Source: Takakia lepidozioides
Taxonomy: Eukaryota; Plantae; Bryophyta
DNA: 64,000 nt
Assembly: GCA_030704615.1 (NCBI GenBank)
Contig: CM060734.1
Coordinates: 8,990,001-9,054,000, forward strand
Direction of reading: 5' to 3'
Below the pieces are notes generated by a model. The model did no database searches. It was not told the origin of the DNA and was given only the letters and a program-made list of their open reading frames with translations. The stretch's first letter is position 1. Each line of letters starts with the position of its first letter. Positions 12,001 through 25,638 of the stretch are shown here, piece after piece. Both the position numbers and the translations under genes were made by a program.

Positions 12001-12789
12001 GGGATAAGCACGGAGTTTGGCGAGGGACAAGGAGAAGGGGCCGCCAAAGGAGAAGAGGAAAGGGCTGCCAAAGGACAAAGAGAAGGCGCCGGCGAAAGAC
12101 CAAAAATCGCTTGCCGCTAAGGTAGAGACCTGATAACCCTTTTGTCATTTAAGGCCGTGTGACACGGGCCGCTTGGTCCAAACTCACTAGCCCTATAGGG
12201 CCTAGGCGGCTATGTGAGAGGACCGAGCCATAAGGCCGTCGAGGCCTCCACGCCCTCCAAGGTCGAGGCTGAGGATGAGCCTCCACTTTCAGGATGTTGC
12301 ACCACCACCAATACAACTACCACCGTTGGAAAGGGCACAGGTACAAGCCACAACAAGGCCATCCAACCAAGAGGTAACCACTGTGCCATTACCAAGCATT
12401 ATGAGTATGCACCCTCTTCCTCCCCCCATGGGCAATCAGCAGAACCACACCCCATACTTCAGACGGACACGTTGATGTGAAGTGTAAAATGAGAAAGTGT
12501 TGGCGACGAATGAGCTGTTGAACTTTGCTCCACAAAAAGGAACCTTTATAGGAATGGGAAACCCAACGGTGCTTTTATGGCCGGAAGGAATCAAACCCTG
12601 ATCCCTGATGAGCCCAGTATTGGAGATGTGTTAATATAATTTAGCCAAAGAGGCAGCAAAGTGCACCCTGAGCCTCGGTTGTACTTCTATAATCCTGCAT
12701 GGCGTTTGTTTGAAGGGACGTTTGTTGATATGATATACATGCAGTACAACCGACAATTCAGTGAGGATGCCACATCCAATAAAAAAACA

Positions 12790-13288
12790 CCAGAAGTGAT
12801 AATCGGCGCCGATCATCACATCCACCCAAATGCCAAATGCAAATGCAAATGCGCAAAAAAAATAAAAAAAATAGAAGTGTTGATTGTCACATACCCAAAA
12901 ATGCCAAATGTCAAATGCAAAGAAGAAGAAGAAGAAGAAAAAAGAAAGAAAAGAAAAAAAAAAGAAAAAAGAAAAAACTTTGAAATTAGAAAAGAAGTGA
13001 TGATCGTCGACGATCGTCATTCCATCTACCCAAATGTCAAGGGAAAAAAAACTATCCTCGGAAATAAGAAACAAAATATCTGTAGAATGCATTTTCCTTC
13101 TAGATGTTGCATGTCTCCACGGATATAAGTGTGCACCCACGGTATTAGGCCCAACATCTTCCACGATTCCATCCGTGGCTGGGCTGGGCTGTGCGCCATG
13201 TGGCATTAGCCTACGTGGCTATGAGCCCATGTGGCGTGAGCGTAGACTCACACGCTCACGTGGCTAGGCTCACGTGAAGGCATCCCCC
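12790..13288. mobile_element. Terminus of another member of the GTGAGCC-ended Mutator-like family, with subterminal palindromic repeats
   Basis: Inward terminus GGGGGATGCCTTCACGTGAGCC. Three GAAGTG...CCCAAA repeats, two with cores ATCGGCGCCGAT and GATCGTCGACGATC. Confidence 0.6.
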
Positions 13289-13459
13289 GTGTAATAAAGC
13301 TTTTGTCTATGTATGATGGTGATCTGTAAGTCGGCGCCGACTTGCAGGAGGTTACTCAGCACTGTGTTCCACGTATCTCACAATTGTGATGCATTAATCT
13401 TCTACAATCCAATACAGGCGTCGTACACAAAATACTATGGGACTTCGCAACTTTGACCA

Positions 13460-16010
13460 CACCACCATTAATAAGTTCCATTCATATCCGAGAACATCCT
13501 CTCTGCTACTGTTAATGTTGTCACTCCCCTCCTAGGGTACCAACCTCCATCCGCACTGCCACTACCCCAACCCTCACATCCACGTCCACCCTGCATATTA
13601 GGGCACCTACACCATTCACCGCTCCCCACCATACCTCCACCACTCCTGAACCACACTCAAATGCCCTCAATATCACCACTTGGAATGTCGGTTCCATGGC
13701 CACTAGTATCCAAAGTTTGATTCATCTTCTCGTAGATTCCATGACCCCGCACATTATTCTCCTACAAGAAACTAAGCTACACATCAACAATCCCAATAGC
13801 TCATATATAAATAAATTTTTCCCAGCCTACTACCTATTATACATATGGAAACCCCTTGTCTGCCACACAATGCCTTCGACGGCGATCTATCCTATATAGT
13901 CCTGCTAGGGAGGTGTTGCACTAGGCATTCTCCGCACACATCACTCCCCTAGTACCACCACAAAGATAACTGTCCACATCCCTCTAAAATCCCATCTTCA
14001 AATCCAATCCAAAAGATTCTACCTCCAAGAAAAGTGCAGATTAGCCATACTAATGATGGAACAATTCTACTCGAACTGGTAGACAAACTGACTTTAATCA
14101 GCGTATTCAGTCATTGTTAATCACCTGGGAAGAAATACTTGCCCGCACTCAACCCCATCACCCTCATACACTTGTACATGCCGTCACACACAAATGACCT
14201 AATACTGATACTGGATATATTGCACACAATCTCCAACATAGTTACCCATGGACCAAACAACAACATCATCACTACATACTAGCAGGGGACTTCAATAGAG
14301 ACATTGCCCTACTTGGACACACATATAATGGCACCCACAAACCCCCATCCTTAATAGACCACAAATGGGCTAGGTTCATTCAGCAACACCAATTTTGCTA
14401 TGCACCCACAGACCATCATACTCAAGGCAAAGAGTACTCAACTACTCCTCATTAAGCCTCCTCGACTTTTTTACCTCATTAAACCTCCTCGACGGTGCTT
14501 CCGAGCCACGCAAAGCACAACCCGACAAATACAATATCTGCATTGGAAGACGCCAAACTTACAGAACAAGATATCTACCTTATATATATTGACTTAAAAA
14601 ATGCCTTCGGATCCTTAGACCATGCAAGACTACTCGTCGTCATGATAAACCTTGGATGTCCAACGGCCACTATATAACTCATCGACAATATTTATACAAA
14701 CAGCACCACAGAATATAGGTTTGTATTACGGATCTACCCCCCCATCCCAATATTGCGAGGCACTATCCAAGGAGACACCCTAAGCCAAGCTTACATATTT
14801 ATCATTTGAACCTAGAATCTCTACTAAGGTGGATAGCTCGCGACAAGCTAGGCTATCAATACAAAACTTCCCTAATGAAATCTCAGCTGTAGCATACGCT
14901 GATGACCTTGCCATCCTACGGACAAACCCCAACACCTAAAGCGTCAAGTTGACAAATTAACTCGCTTTAACCAATGGTCTGGTATGGAGTTAAGTCTCCA
15001 TAAATGTGACGTCATTGCGGTCACTGATTACAGTAAGCTCTCAAAAATCGCTATTGCCTCCCATTGTAATCTCCACATCCACTACCAGAACAAACCCTTT
15101 CATTTCTTAGGCCCTGATGAACCTTACACATACCTAGACATCCAAATTGTCCCATCGCTCACCGGACACATGCAGAAGCGCACAACACTTGCCAAGTTAA
15201 CTAGTAAAAGCTTGGCTCTTCTCAAATCTCCGGTTGCCATCAGACCTAAACTATCGATCATTCAATCTATTTAAAAACCTCAGGTCCAATATGCCTTCCA
15301 CGCTGTACCCTTCTCCCTCTCCGACATCATATAACTTGACAAAAACATTATCCAACTCACTAAGCGAATATGTGGTCTCCCCACCAGCACTCCTAATGCT
15401 CTTACCCAACTCCCAACAGATAACTACGGAATAGGCTCTAGCCCCCTAATCATATCATATGCACTCCCCCCCACCATATTATATGTACTCAACTACAATT
15501 AGAGGCCCTTAATGACCCCGAGCGCTTAGGTCTAATCTATCGTGGACTGCTCAAATACCTAGCCTCGAAATAGAATGGACTCCACTCCCTTCCATCTCTA
15601 TATCCACAGGCATGCCTTTACTCCCCAACCGCACGCACATTGCTCATACTAGGTCAGATGAAAATCAGTATACAAACAGACCTCCCCGGCTATCCTATTA
15701 CCTCATCACCACTCGAACTCGCGTGGCTTAGAAGTCCATTTCTTTCTAGATTTGAGGCTACACATCCCCGCCAAAAAACACCCATCCTCACATACTTTAA
15801 AGAACGACATATCACAAATCTCATCCAACTCACCACCGCCATCGGTGATCGGCTCTTAACCCCATGCGAGTTCACTCTTAAACATTCTAAAGCTACTGCC
15901 AAAACCTATCGGTACCTCCATCACCTCCATACTCTATTCTGTCACCCCTCAGCATCATACACTCTCGAATGTGATCTCCCCTACTTATTCTTCCCTCACA
16001 GTAAACAAGA
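13460..16010 (+). mobile_element. RTEX-like LINE ORF2 relic (APE endonuclease and RT, internally deleted)
   Basis: NITTWNVGS...IILLQETKL; ILAGDFNRD; deletion near 14490 into GFRATQSTTRQ...YIDLKNAFGS; RGTIQGDTLS; YADDL. Same family as 2302-5640 and 52520-57237. Confidence 0.9.
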
Positions 16011-17278
16011 CCCCCAGGAGCACCACCATTAGGATATTTTTCCAAGGAAGTGACAAGCTTCGTATACGACGGATCCACAAAGAACGACGTTTGAAAAAGG
16101 TTTTAAGGTCCGATGGTCTTGAGAATTTACAAGCTATTACATGGTACCTAATCGTAATTTGTCACCATGTTTGGTGAATTATGGTTAAGGTTAGCCGCAA
16201 CACCGAATTACAAAGCCAACGACTCTTGCGAACCCCGTTTAATTGATTTTATATTTTCTTCATTAGTGGAAAAAATCACAAATTCGCCCTAGGGGTTGTT
16301 CGGATGAGAAACGCCACCTAGCCATCCAAGTTTGAGATGGAAAAAAATTTATTAATTCCCTTTTATGATTTCCTTCCAAGTTTTTAGTTTATTCCAATCT
16401 ATTGCTTGAAACATAAAGACCCTCTAGTTAATATTATTTTAATATTATTTTCCATTATTTTATTAAGCCCAAAAGTAGTATAAAAGAAGGCCAAGGCTCT
16501 CTTGTTCTTCACCTAGTTTTCATTTGTTTGTCTCTTACTTTTGTTGTTGTAGTCTAGCTTGGTAGATGGAGCCTAGGAACTCTCTAGTATTAGAAAAACG
16601 TTTTAAAGCTAAGGGAGAGGAACTAACTCATTTGAGGCCATTGAGCCATTTTAGCATTTATAAAGGAGGATTTGATGCATCAAAGTGTGGAGTGAGAGAC
16701 TTGTTCACGAGTAGGAAGGCCGAGGGTGGACCAAGCTTGACAAGCACCAAGGAAAGGCCGCAAGGAGCACATACCGTCGAGCTAGTAGAGCATCACAAGC
16801 ACCATTTGCGCCTTAAGGGTGATTCACCACCTCACTTCTCCATATTTGATAGTACATTTCATTAATATCTTAAACCAAGCCAAGAATTGCTTGGTTTTTA
16901 ATTGCTTGAAAAACTAGCCTCTTTAAGAGGAGAGAAAGCTTTGTGGTTTCATATGTGAAATAGTTCATGATTGAAAGGGGTAAAGACCCCATAAGACCAA
17001 GTGCAAAGGAAAGGCTTAAGGCCATTGATTTAAATGTGCAAGTATTGATCTTTTTAATTCTTGTTAGAAACTGAGCTGAAAAACAGCTCGGAACTAGTGG
17101 ACTGACCAGCAAGCAGGACCAGCAAATCAAAAGGCCAAAAGGGCCACGTTAATTCCCAAGCAAGAGGAGGAGCTTGGAGAAAAGGGGGAGGGTTTGTTTT
17201 TCTTCTTTTTTGTGTTTTCTTTTTGCTTCACAGGACCTGCCCAGCCGCCATTGCAGCCCGAGACGGGGGCGGATAACA
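16010..17278 (+). mobile_element. Probable LTR (solo or truncated) of a Ty3/Gypsy element
   Basis: AT-rich non-coding stretch with TATAAAA near 16478; ends GGGGGCGGATAACA, resembling the GGGxGTTACA-type LTR end. No PBS recognised. Confidence 0.45.
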
Positions 17279-18399
17279 ATCATTATGATATTCTGAGAGA
17301 GGACGGTATGGGGATACTATTAGAAGACTGACAGCAAGAGTTCAGCATTTTACGGTGTTGAAAACAGCACAACAACTGGATGTGAAGAGCCAGACGTCCA
17401 GAGTGTAGGTAGCACAGTCAGATCTGCTGCTATAAGGCAAACAGATAGGAAACTGACGACAACAGCAGAATATCACAGCAAGACCCTAGTGGGACAACAC
17501 GATTGCAATAACATGAGTCATGAGAAGCAAACAATGACAAAAAGGGAGATGTTACCTGGTACAAGTGAGCTACGGAGTCAATGCCCTGTAATTACACGAG
17601 AAACTTACAAGGGCAGGAACTGTGTTATATGTCATGGAACTCAGAAACACTACAAAAGGGAGCATGATAAGCTGAGAGAATATTGCAGAGAAAGAATGCT
17701 GAACGTGTTTGGAAGGTCAGGACACGCTAACTCTCTGCCACAGAAGCTGAAAGAAGATGATCAGAAACCTAGAGTAGACGGAGATGGAAGAAGGACTCAC
17801 AGCCACATGAAAGGCAAAGAAACCAAACAGATGAGGACGATCATGGCACCAAAAGATACCAGAAAGGCCTGTGGGAAGCTGATGGAGGCAACATGCGTCA
17901 AAATGAGGTCTGTAATGCCAAAAAGGAAAATGCATGAGGAACAGAAGAGAGAACAGAAAGGGGGAAAGACGAGGTCATGGGGCCAGTACCTCAGAATGAG
18001 CATGTGGAGCAACATGATGGCGGCATGGAGTAGTTGCCGATGGATGCTTGCTGGCCAGGAGCAGCGACATCCGGTGAATGAGGAGAGAGACTTGCCTCAA
18101 ATCAACATGGTTCGAACACATCTAAAAAAAACATAAAGGGAAGGTGCATTCGGAGGCACATGGGCGTGATTCACCGACCACTGAGGAGGATGATTACACA
18201 AGGGAAGAACGTGGAAACAAGAAGTCAGGGCAAAATCTCGCAACTGCAAACAGTGGAAATGAAAGGGGTTCAACAAGCACTGGAGGACAAAACCACGAAA
18301 CCTCAAGAGCGAGCAGCACACGGGATGAAGAGAAGAACGTATGGGGGGCGGCAGTGACGACCGAGCTGCTACTACGACTGTCACACTCCGTAAAGGAAG

Positions 18400-19025
18400 A
18401 TTGTGAAGGAGCGGAGGAACTACTGTCACCTGCATCAGAGTCAACCAGACATCTTGAACGATGTTCAAGCAATGCACTACTTAACCTTCGGTTTTATCAA
18501 TGACTATTTAACTACGAAGGACAGAAAAAGGGTGCAGAGAAGAACCAGAAAATACCAATGGCAAAATGTTTGCTTGCTCTACAAAGGACATGGTTCCAGG
18601 GAGTAGAGAGAGAGAAGCGATAATAGTGAAAATGCACACTGAGTTGGGACATTTCGGAGTAAAGAGAATCCACGCCGAAATCTGTGCGCGATTCTTCTGG
18701 CTCAAACACACGGAAGACATCAGACGAGTGAGACAAACCTGTGTGCGCTGCCAATCGACAAGGATAAGAGGAACACTGGGCAGCACAAAACTCCAAAGCA
18801 TACCTGTAAGATATTTATTCCATAGGATTGCAATGGACACTGCCATACCTTTCCCTCTAACCAAAGAAGGTAATCAATATGCATTGATCGCGATTGAGCA
18901 CGTTTTGGAATGGGTAGAAGCTGTAACTGTGTTTCATCAAGTTCGGCTGACCGCACAGCCTGATTCTTGGAAGAGCACATTTGTGTACAGGTATGGACCC
19001 CAACGTTGTCATCACTGATCAAGGA
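18400..19025 (+). pseudogene. Ty3/Gypsy integrase fragment (HHCC zinc finger plus start of core)
   Basis: MHTELGHFG...FFW...CVRCQ...LQSIPV...FHRIAMDTAIPFP...GNQYALIAIEH...RYGP, followed by ITDQG after a frameshift. Confidence 0.85.
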
Positions 19026-19104
19026 AAGCCTAGCGATGAAGGAGGAAGGATCTGCACGGTAAGAGATGGAGCAAGAAAAAGCTGGGAGAAACATGACGCA
19101 AGCT

Positions 19105-22100
19105 GGAAGGTAGGTGTGGATGTGATGTCGGTGATATGTATGATGGCGTAATTGTGAGGTTTGTAGGGTAGTGGGGTGTGATGGGGTTATATTCGTGGGA
19201 TGAGAGGGGTTTAAGACTGGTATGGTGTGCCGTTTGGTAGGTAAATTATATATGAGGTGGCTATGTTGGGGGATTAAGAAGTGGAGAATGTTGTTGGTGC
19301 GTCCTGGGTGAATTACATATGGTGTGTGGGAGGCGGGGTGGGTATTTTGAATGTGTGACAGGTGTAGCTTAAGTGGGTACGGAAGTGGATGAAAAATCAT
19401 CCATCTGGGCAGAGGGATGTGGTTGCCCTGCGTGCGTAGACGTTGTCCATGGATGGATGATAGGATGTGGGGGCCGGGCAGTGTGGGATGTTTTCGGCTG
19501 GGGGGTGAGAGCAGAGTGAGAGTTGGATGAATGGGGCAGAGGGGGGCCGTTGGTAAGGGGGCATGTTTTGTGAAGTTACCCCATGAAGGCTGAGGTGGGC
19601 AGGTGCCTATCATTGGATGCAGTGATAGATGGGAGGGGGGGTTGGATAAGTCAGGGTGGCAATTATTGTAGGTTCTAGGTGTACGTGGCTTGTGCTATGT
19701 GTAAAGCCGGGTGGGATGAAGGAGAGCCGTTAGGCTGACATGATATTGGGGCGGCGCGGGGTAGGTACATAGGTACGTAGGGGGGCTGTAATATAATCTG
19801 ATCGGAGGGGAGAAGTAGAGTGCTACATTTCGGGCAGATGGCAGGTAGGTAGCGGCTGGGCCACCAAGTGGCGGTGCGTGTGAGGAGGGAAGGCGCTGCA
19901 TGCAGAGACAGCGACGGGGGGGAGGAGCGCGGGATGTTAAGTATGAAGATGCAGGGGCAGTTGGGGGGTGCATGGCGAGGTTTGATTTGAGGTAGAGAGA
20001 GTGCAGGGGGGTAGCTGAGGCGCGTAGCTGGGCGGAAGAGAGTTGTGCATGTTGCGGGAGCGGGAGATTGTATGCAGAGGTACCGACGGACGCGTAGTGA
20101 CAGATGCAGAGTTCTGAATTTGCTTTAAGAAAGTGGACGGTACACATGGAGTATAGCTGACAAAAAGAGAGAGAATAAGTAGATGGTTGCCTACACATTC
20201 TTGTTTGGAGTGTGCTCTGCAGGTGATCCTATTGCGGGGTGTCCCTGTTGTCAAAACCAGGCGGCGGCGGCGGTAGGAGGGTCAGCGTGGTCGCGGCAGA
20301 TGGTTTTGCTGCAGAGCTCGCGATCCCCAAGCGCGGAGGAGTAACACGTTGAAATTCCAGTAGTGCAAGCGGTTTGTATCCACTCATTGCAGTTCCTGGT
20401 AACGGGCTTGCATTGCCCGGCCCTGCGGGGAGAGTAATCGAGCTGTTGGGAGGGGGAAGCTTGGCAAGAACAATATTGGCGTGATTGTAAAAGCTGGCAA
20501 GGTTAGCAGCCATGTTCTCGGTGAGGGATTCTTGCAGAGAGACGAGGTAGGCGTGGTGCTCCTCGTGCTGAGCCACCAGGGTGGTGGCAACCCGATTTTC
20601 CAGAGTTGCTAAGTCCCCGCGTATGTCTGTTTTGATCGAAATGGCTTGTTGAGCTAACTTCTTGTCGATTTCCAGCATTAGGAGGTCGAGGTCATGTCCC
20701 GAGCTTGGTGGCGTGTTGATGCTAATTAAGTTCACAGTATCAGCAAGTGCCTGATTGATATTAGCCACCCGCAGGCGATCCAAAATCTCTTTGGCAGGTG
20801 GAGTGGAGCCGTTCAAGCTGTGAACGTGCTGCTCGAATTTTACCAGCCGATCAATGACCCGGCATGGGGGCTTATTGCACCATTGAGTGTAGATGCTCGG
20901 ATTCTTGCAAGTAAGAAGGGCCATGCAAGTGGGTCTAACCTTCTCTGTCGGAGCGATGTTGTTGAAGTGGACTCGAAGGACGTTATCCCTGCCGAAGATC
21001 GGATGGCGGCTTCCGTGTCATTCTGTGAGTGCAGGGGGTTAAGTCCCTTGGCCACCAGAGTTAGGGCGTCTCGCTCCGCTACAATTTCTTGAGGGGTTGC
21101 AGAGAGGTCCGTCGTACTGGTTTTGTTGATTCGCAGTTGTGGTTTGATCAGCGTGTGGTTGACGCGAACTCCCTGCACGAGCATTCGCTTTTTTGTATCT
21201 TCAGAAGCCACATAGATGAAACAAAACTTAGATTCTGGGCCCGTCTTGTGGACATGTATGATTTCAAATTCGTCTTCGTGTCCGTACGTTTCTGTGATCA
21301 GGTGCATTGCGAGCTTGTAACCAATTGTGCCAAGAAGAGATTCACTTGTCATGTACAGGGACAGGTAATCGGGGAGGGCGGGAAGGTCGAATGTTTTCTC
21401 CACTTTCCCTTGCATCTGTACCGCGGAGGCCATTTCCATAACAAATGCCCTGTCGTCTTTTAGGAGTGCAATTCCGTCTTGCGCAGGGTGTAGCAGTTCG
21501 ATTTTGAGAACTCCAGTCCAGAGTTTGCTGCCATGCTTCGTGAACGCCGTGAGTGGGAAGTATAAGACCTTGCCTAGAGGAATATTCATTTCCTCAAGTC
21601 GCTTCTTAGCGCGATACGAGGCTTGCTCTTTGGGCATATCGGTGTCACCATCGAATCTGATGAGAGTGTGGCAGGGAGTAGCAGACAATCCTGAGTTCGG
21701 GTCAATCGGGGTACCCTTTGGCAGTTGCGTGAGCGGGAGAAATTGACCCTCGCGTCCATCTGGTTGCACAGTTGGGAAGAATTGTGGAACGTGAGGGAAG
21801 GCCTTGAGGCAGTGACGCATTTCGTAGATTTCCGAGGCCCGGAGGCCCAACTTTTGAAGTTCTGCAGTTGTTCGTATTTCGATGACAAAGGGCAGGTCCG
21901 CATTGTAAGCATGCTTTTCGAGGGCAGGATATCCCATCCAGAGTTGGTTTGTAGCAAATGAGTTGGAGGCGCTTATACGTAGTGACTGTCCTGAAGTGAC
22001 GCCTCGTGGCTTCTTGGGGTCCGAGTGGGTGCTGCCCGTATCGCTGTTGAGCACGCTAGAGGTCCGTTTGTGATGTGGACTGCCAGCCAGTGTGGAAATC

Positions 22101-25100
22101 AATGGAGTGGTATTGACGTTGTGGGGAGTCATTTGTTGATCTTGCATCTGGGGCGCCGGTGGAAACTGTGTTTCAGGAGTGTCTTGGGTGTGGCCACCAG
22201 TAGCCAGTGCCATGTTTTGTGTCGAGCGGGTTTGATGTGCTTGCTCTGTAGCAAAAATTGCTCGTCTGATAGATGCATATCACTGACGTCGTCGTCTCCA
22301 GCTGAGTGGGCGTCCATAGAAGTAGCGTTGGGCAGGAGGTGCTTGTGGGTAGAAATCCGCTGCGCTGAGCGGGAGTTGGAGGTAGGTGTGCTGGAGTGTG
22401 ATGTTTTGCTTGTGGAACGCGGCGGTTTCTGGATGCTACCTGGGCCTTTCTGTATACCGACTTTTCTAGAACTAGACATGCAGGAGAGTATAGGAGATGA
22501 AGGGGGGGAATGGAGAGAGGATAGTGAGTAGAGTGTGAGAGAGTGGAGTGTGCAGAGAGTACTGGGGGGGTGGTGGATGTGGACGGTGGCGGGGAAGATT
22601 ATTGGTCTCTTGGGTTTGGTTGTGGCAGGGGCGCGTGTGCTTAGAGAGGTGGGGTAATCTTTACCCGGCAAGCTGGTAAGGTGGGCTGACATAAGCGATG
22701 GAGGAATGATTAAGTGTTGACGGCGGCTGTGGTGCAGCAGCATGGGAGGAGTCATTATGGAGTTTAGTCCCTGGTGTGGATAGTGGGGTAGCGCCGGCAC
22801 AGGCGTTAAGCAAGTCAGTCGGTGATTGTGGGGGGAGAGATGGTGTAATATGCAACGGCCAGAAAGCTTGTAAGGGGAGTTGATGATTTTGTGGGGAAGT
22901 ATAGTTATTAGGAATGGGCCAGAGAGTTATGTAGGGGACGTCCAGGACCGGGAAAGATGGAGAGTTGTGCTGTGATGCTGTAAAGGTAATAGTAAGATTG
23001 GGTGCAGGGATAATGCTGATGATTACTGCTGGATAGGGGATATGGTGATGGGGTGAATTGGAGGGAGCAGGGGGGTTATGGGCTTGCAAAGTGTAGTGGG
23101 GTGATAGATGGTGTGGGATGTGAGGGGGGTGGGGATTGGCACTGGAATGTTATGGTGAACGATGTACGGGGTGTATGGAATTGAATATGGTACGGGGGGT
23201 GTAACTTGATATGTACTGGTGTTGTGCAGGCGGGCTGTGGCCTGTTCCAGCTTACTGGCGTGGAGCATAGCATGGACTATGGGTGGAGGCATACTATTTG
23301 TTATAATAGGCTGGCCGTGTGGCTGAGTAATCTCTGTGTTTGCTATTTATACTATGTGGAGAGTACGGGGGAGGTTTGGGGAAATGACAGGCTCTGGGAG
23401 GTGTGAGCAGCGGTTGTTGGGGTGGGTTTTATGAGCAGTATTATGTGGTGTGTTTAAGTTGAGCTGTGCCTTTTTTACAAGTGGTAGGGAGGTATTAAAG
23501 CCTAGATCAACTGTGGCTGCATTGTGATGAAGAAATAAAACGGGGGCTGCATCTTCAGATAGCGTAGGTGCCTTAATAATTTGGGTGGCAAGGTAATGTG
23601 ATCTGAAGTGCTATTCTTGGATTTGTGTAGGCTGTTCGTGAGTTGTGGCTGCCCTGGGATTGGGAGGGGGTCGTGGGGATGTAGGATTGCAGTCATTCTC
23701 ACGTATGCGAGACGGCTGGGAATTTGTTAAACAAGTGAACGCTGTTGTGTTGTAAAGATGATGAGAGAGGAGGGGAGCGGCGCCCCCCTGTAAACCCAGA
23801 GTTATGGGTATTTTGAATAAGGAGCCTGTAATAACCGGGTTCCTGAAGTCTTGAGAGAGAATGTAAAAGATTATAATGGAAGATAGAACCAGCGGAGCTG
23901 TGTATGACAAGTACAACAACACCCCGCCTATGGTGCCACATAGGGTGGGTTAAGTGGGAATGCATTTGAATGGGGTATGGAAGTTGTTCACTGCAGTACT
24001 CTGGGCAGCATGCTAGCTGGTATGGAGTGAGTGTTCCTGCTGCATGTGTAGGGAAGTGTCGGCTATTGTAGAGCACAAGAAACATGTAAAGAGAACATGG
24101 GGATGTAACCCTCGTAACCCAGGATTATGGGTATTTTGATTGTGGGGGCTGTAATGACCGGATTCCTGAAATCTTGAGAGAGAGTATATATAATTAGAGT
24201 AGAAGGTAAAAGCGGGGTATCTGTGTATGGAGAGTACATCAGAGACCCTGTTAAGGTGACACATAGTGTGGGTGGAGTGTGGATGTATTTGAGAAGAGTA
24301 GGGGAGCTGTACACTGCAGTACACTAGACAACATGTTTGTCTGTATGAAGGAAGTGCCTCTATGGTGTGTGCAGGGATGTGTAGACTATTGCGAAACACA
24401 GAAAGCATATAAAGAGAAGATAAACTAGGGCATGGCCAGAGTTCATGGCTGCACCAGCATGGGTTAGTATATTGTTGAGGAACTTGGAGGGTGTGGGCAA
24501 GATCGCAGGGGGGGCCCTGGGAGAGGCAATTGCGAAGATAGATGTGGTGGCTGCCATTGAAACCTTTGGAGTGAGTAAAGCTGTATCTGCAAGAGCGGAG
24601 AAGAACAGAGGGTCAGGCCCGGGAAGATGAGAATTAGAAGAACCGACATGAGTAGCAATGCAAAGTGGTAATGTACGGGGTGAGGATGTGACCTTGTGGT
24701 AGCCTAGAAGAAGGGGGGAAAGTTGATCCGTGGAGGGATTTACCGCAGGTGGATTGGGAGAGCCTTGGGCATGAGGGGTCATGCGTTTGGCTGTGATGAA
24801 GTTCCCCCGGCCTGTGGATGAGTAGTTGCCAGGGGCGAGAAATGGTGAGGCCTTGGGAGGGAGCCTCCATTGTCGCATACTAGTTAGCACCCTAAAGTGG
24901 GAATTGTTGATGCCTGTTCTGAAATTGTTCAAGGAGCTCTCCACCGGTGTGCAGGTGATTCCGAGGGGCTGAAGGAATACAGGGATGTTGAATGCATGAC
25001 AAATCTTGAAAGCAAGAGATAAGGGTGAGAGAAGTGTACCTAAGAGCATGGGATTGTGAGTGAAATTGTACCGTGTGAGTGAAATTGTACCGTGGCCTGG

Positions 25101-25430
25101 CCAAGTTTCCTTTCTGATTCTGGTCCGCAGTGGAGTGGTGATTAGGGTCTTGAACCATTGTACATCGTAGTGTGGGGGGGCTGACCTGCCAGTGAGATGA
25201 TGTTAGAGGTATATATAAGCATGAATTATTGTAGGGGTGGGGTAGAGAGATTTTACACAGGTGGGCTGTGGTAAAGTGGGTATGTGTGTCAGCTGACAGG
25301 GGGGGCACTGGTGTGGAGACGCGCAGAGAGAGATTATTGACATGAGTGGGGCTTGAGCACAGGTGTGATGCCGCGGAGCAGCGTGGTAAGATAAGTGGGG
25401 AGAGAATACGTCGACTTTTTTCATCCAAGT
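19105..25430 (-). mobile_element. 5' portion of a LINE: long C/A-rich leader, frameshifted ORF1 (~22479 to 20229; RRM-like domains plus coiled coil) and start of ORF2
   Basis: 457-aa and 231-aa ORFs joined by frameshifts; RRM-like KFCFIYVASEDTKKRMLVQGVRVNHTLIKP and LTLVAKGLNPLHSQNDTEAAIR. Same strong strand bias as the other LINE copies. Confidence 0.65.
23790..24420. repeat. Diverged tandem duplication, ~325-bp unit x2, in the LINE leader
   Basis: TTATGGGTATTTTGA...TTCCTGAARTCTTGAGAGAGA at ~23801 and ~24125; both copies translate as LSQDFRNPVIT on the minus strand. Confidence 0.85.
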
Positions 25431-25638
25431 ACATCCACGGAAGCTATCCGTGGATGAAAATTGCTGCGACCCGATTCGGGTCGCGCAGGCCTTTAAGGGT
25501 TAATTCAAATAAAGTTTCCAGGGCCACTGTCCCCTGTTCTTTTTAAAAAAAGGGAGAGAGAAAAAGAAAGGAGCCCTTTGGAGAAAATTCGCCAGCCAAA
25601 AAACGGTCAAAGCCGGTGCGCGCAGTGACTGCGGCATC

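Noticed and set aside
10771-13206. Numerous ORFs in GA/CT-rich and A-rich sequence
   Set aside because: They are low-complexity repeat translations (poly-G/P/K/F) with no domain signal.
17489-18136. 215-aa ORF as a host gene
   Set aside because: It is a purine-biased, degenerate stretch directly upstream of a Gypsy integrase relic and is most likely retroelement-derived.
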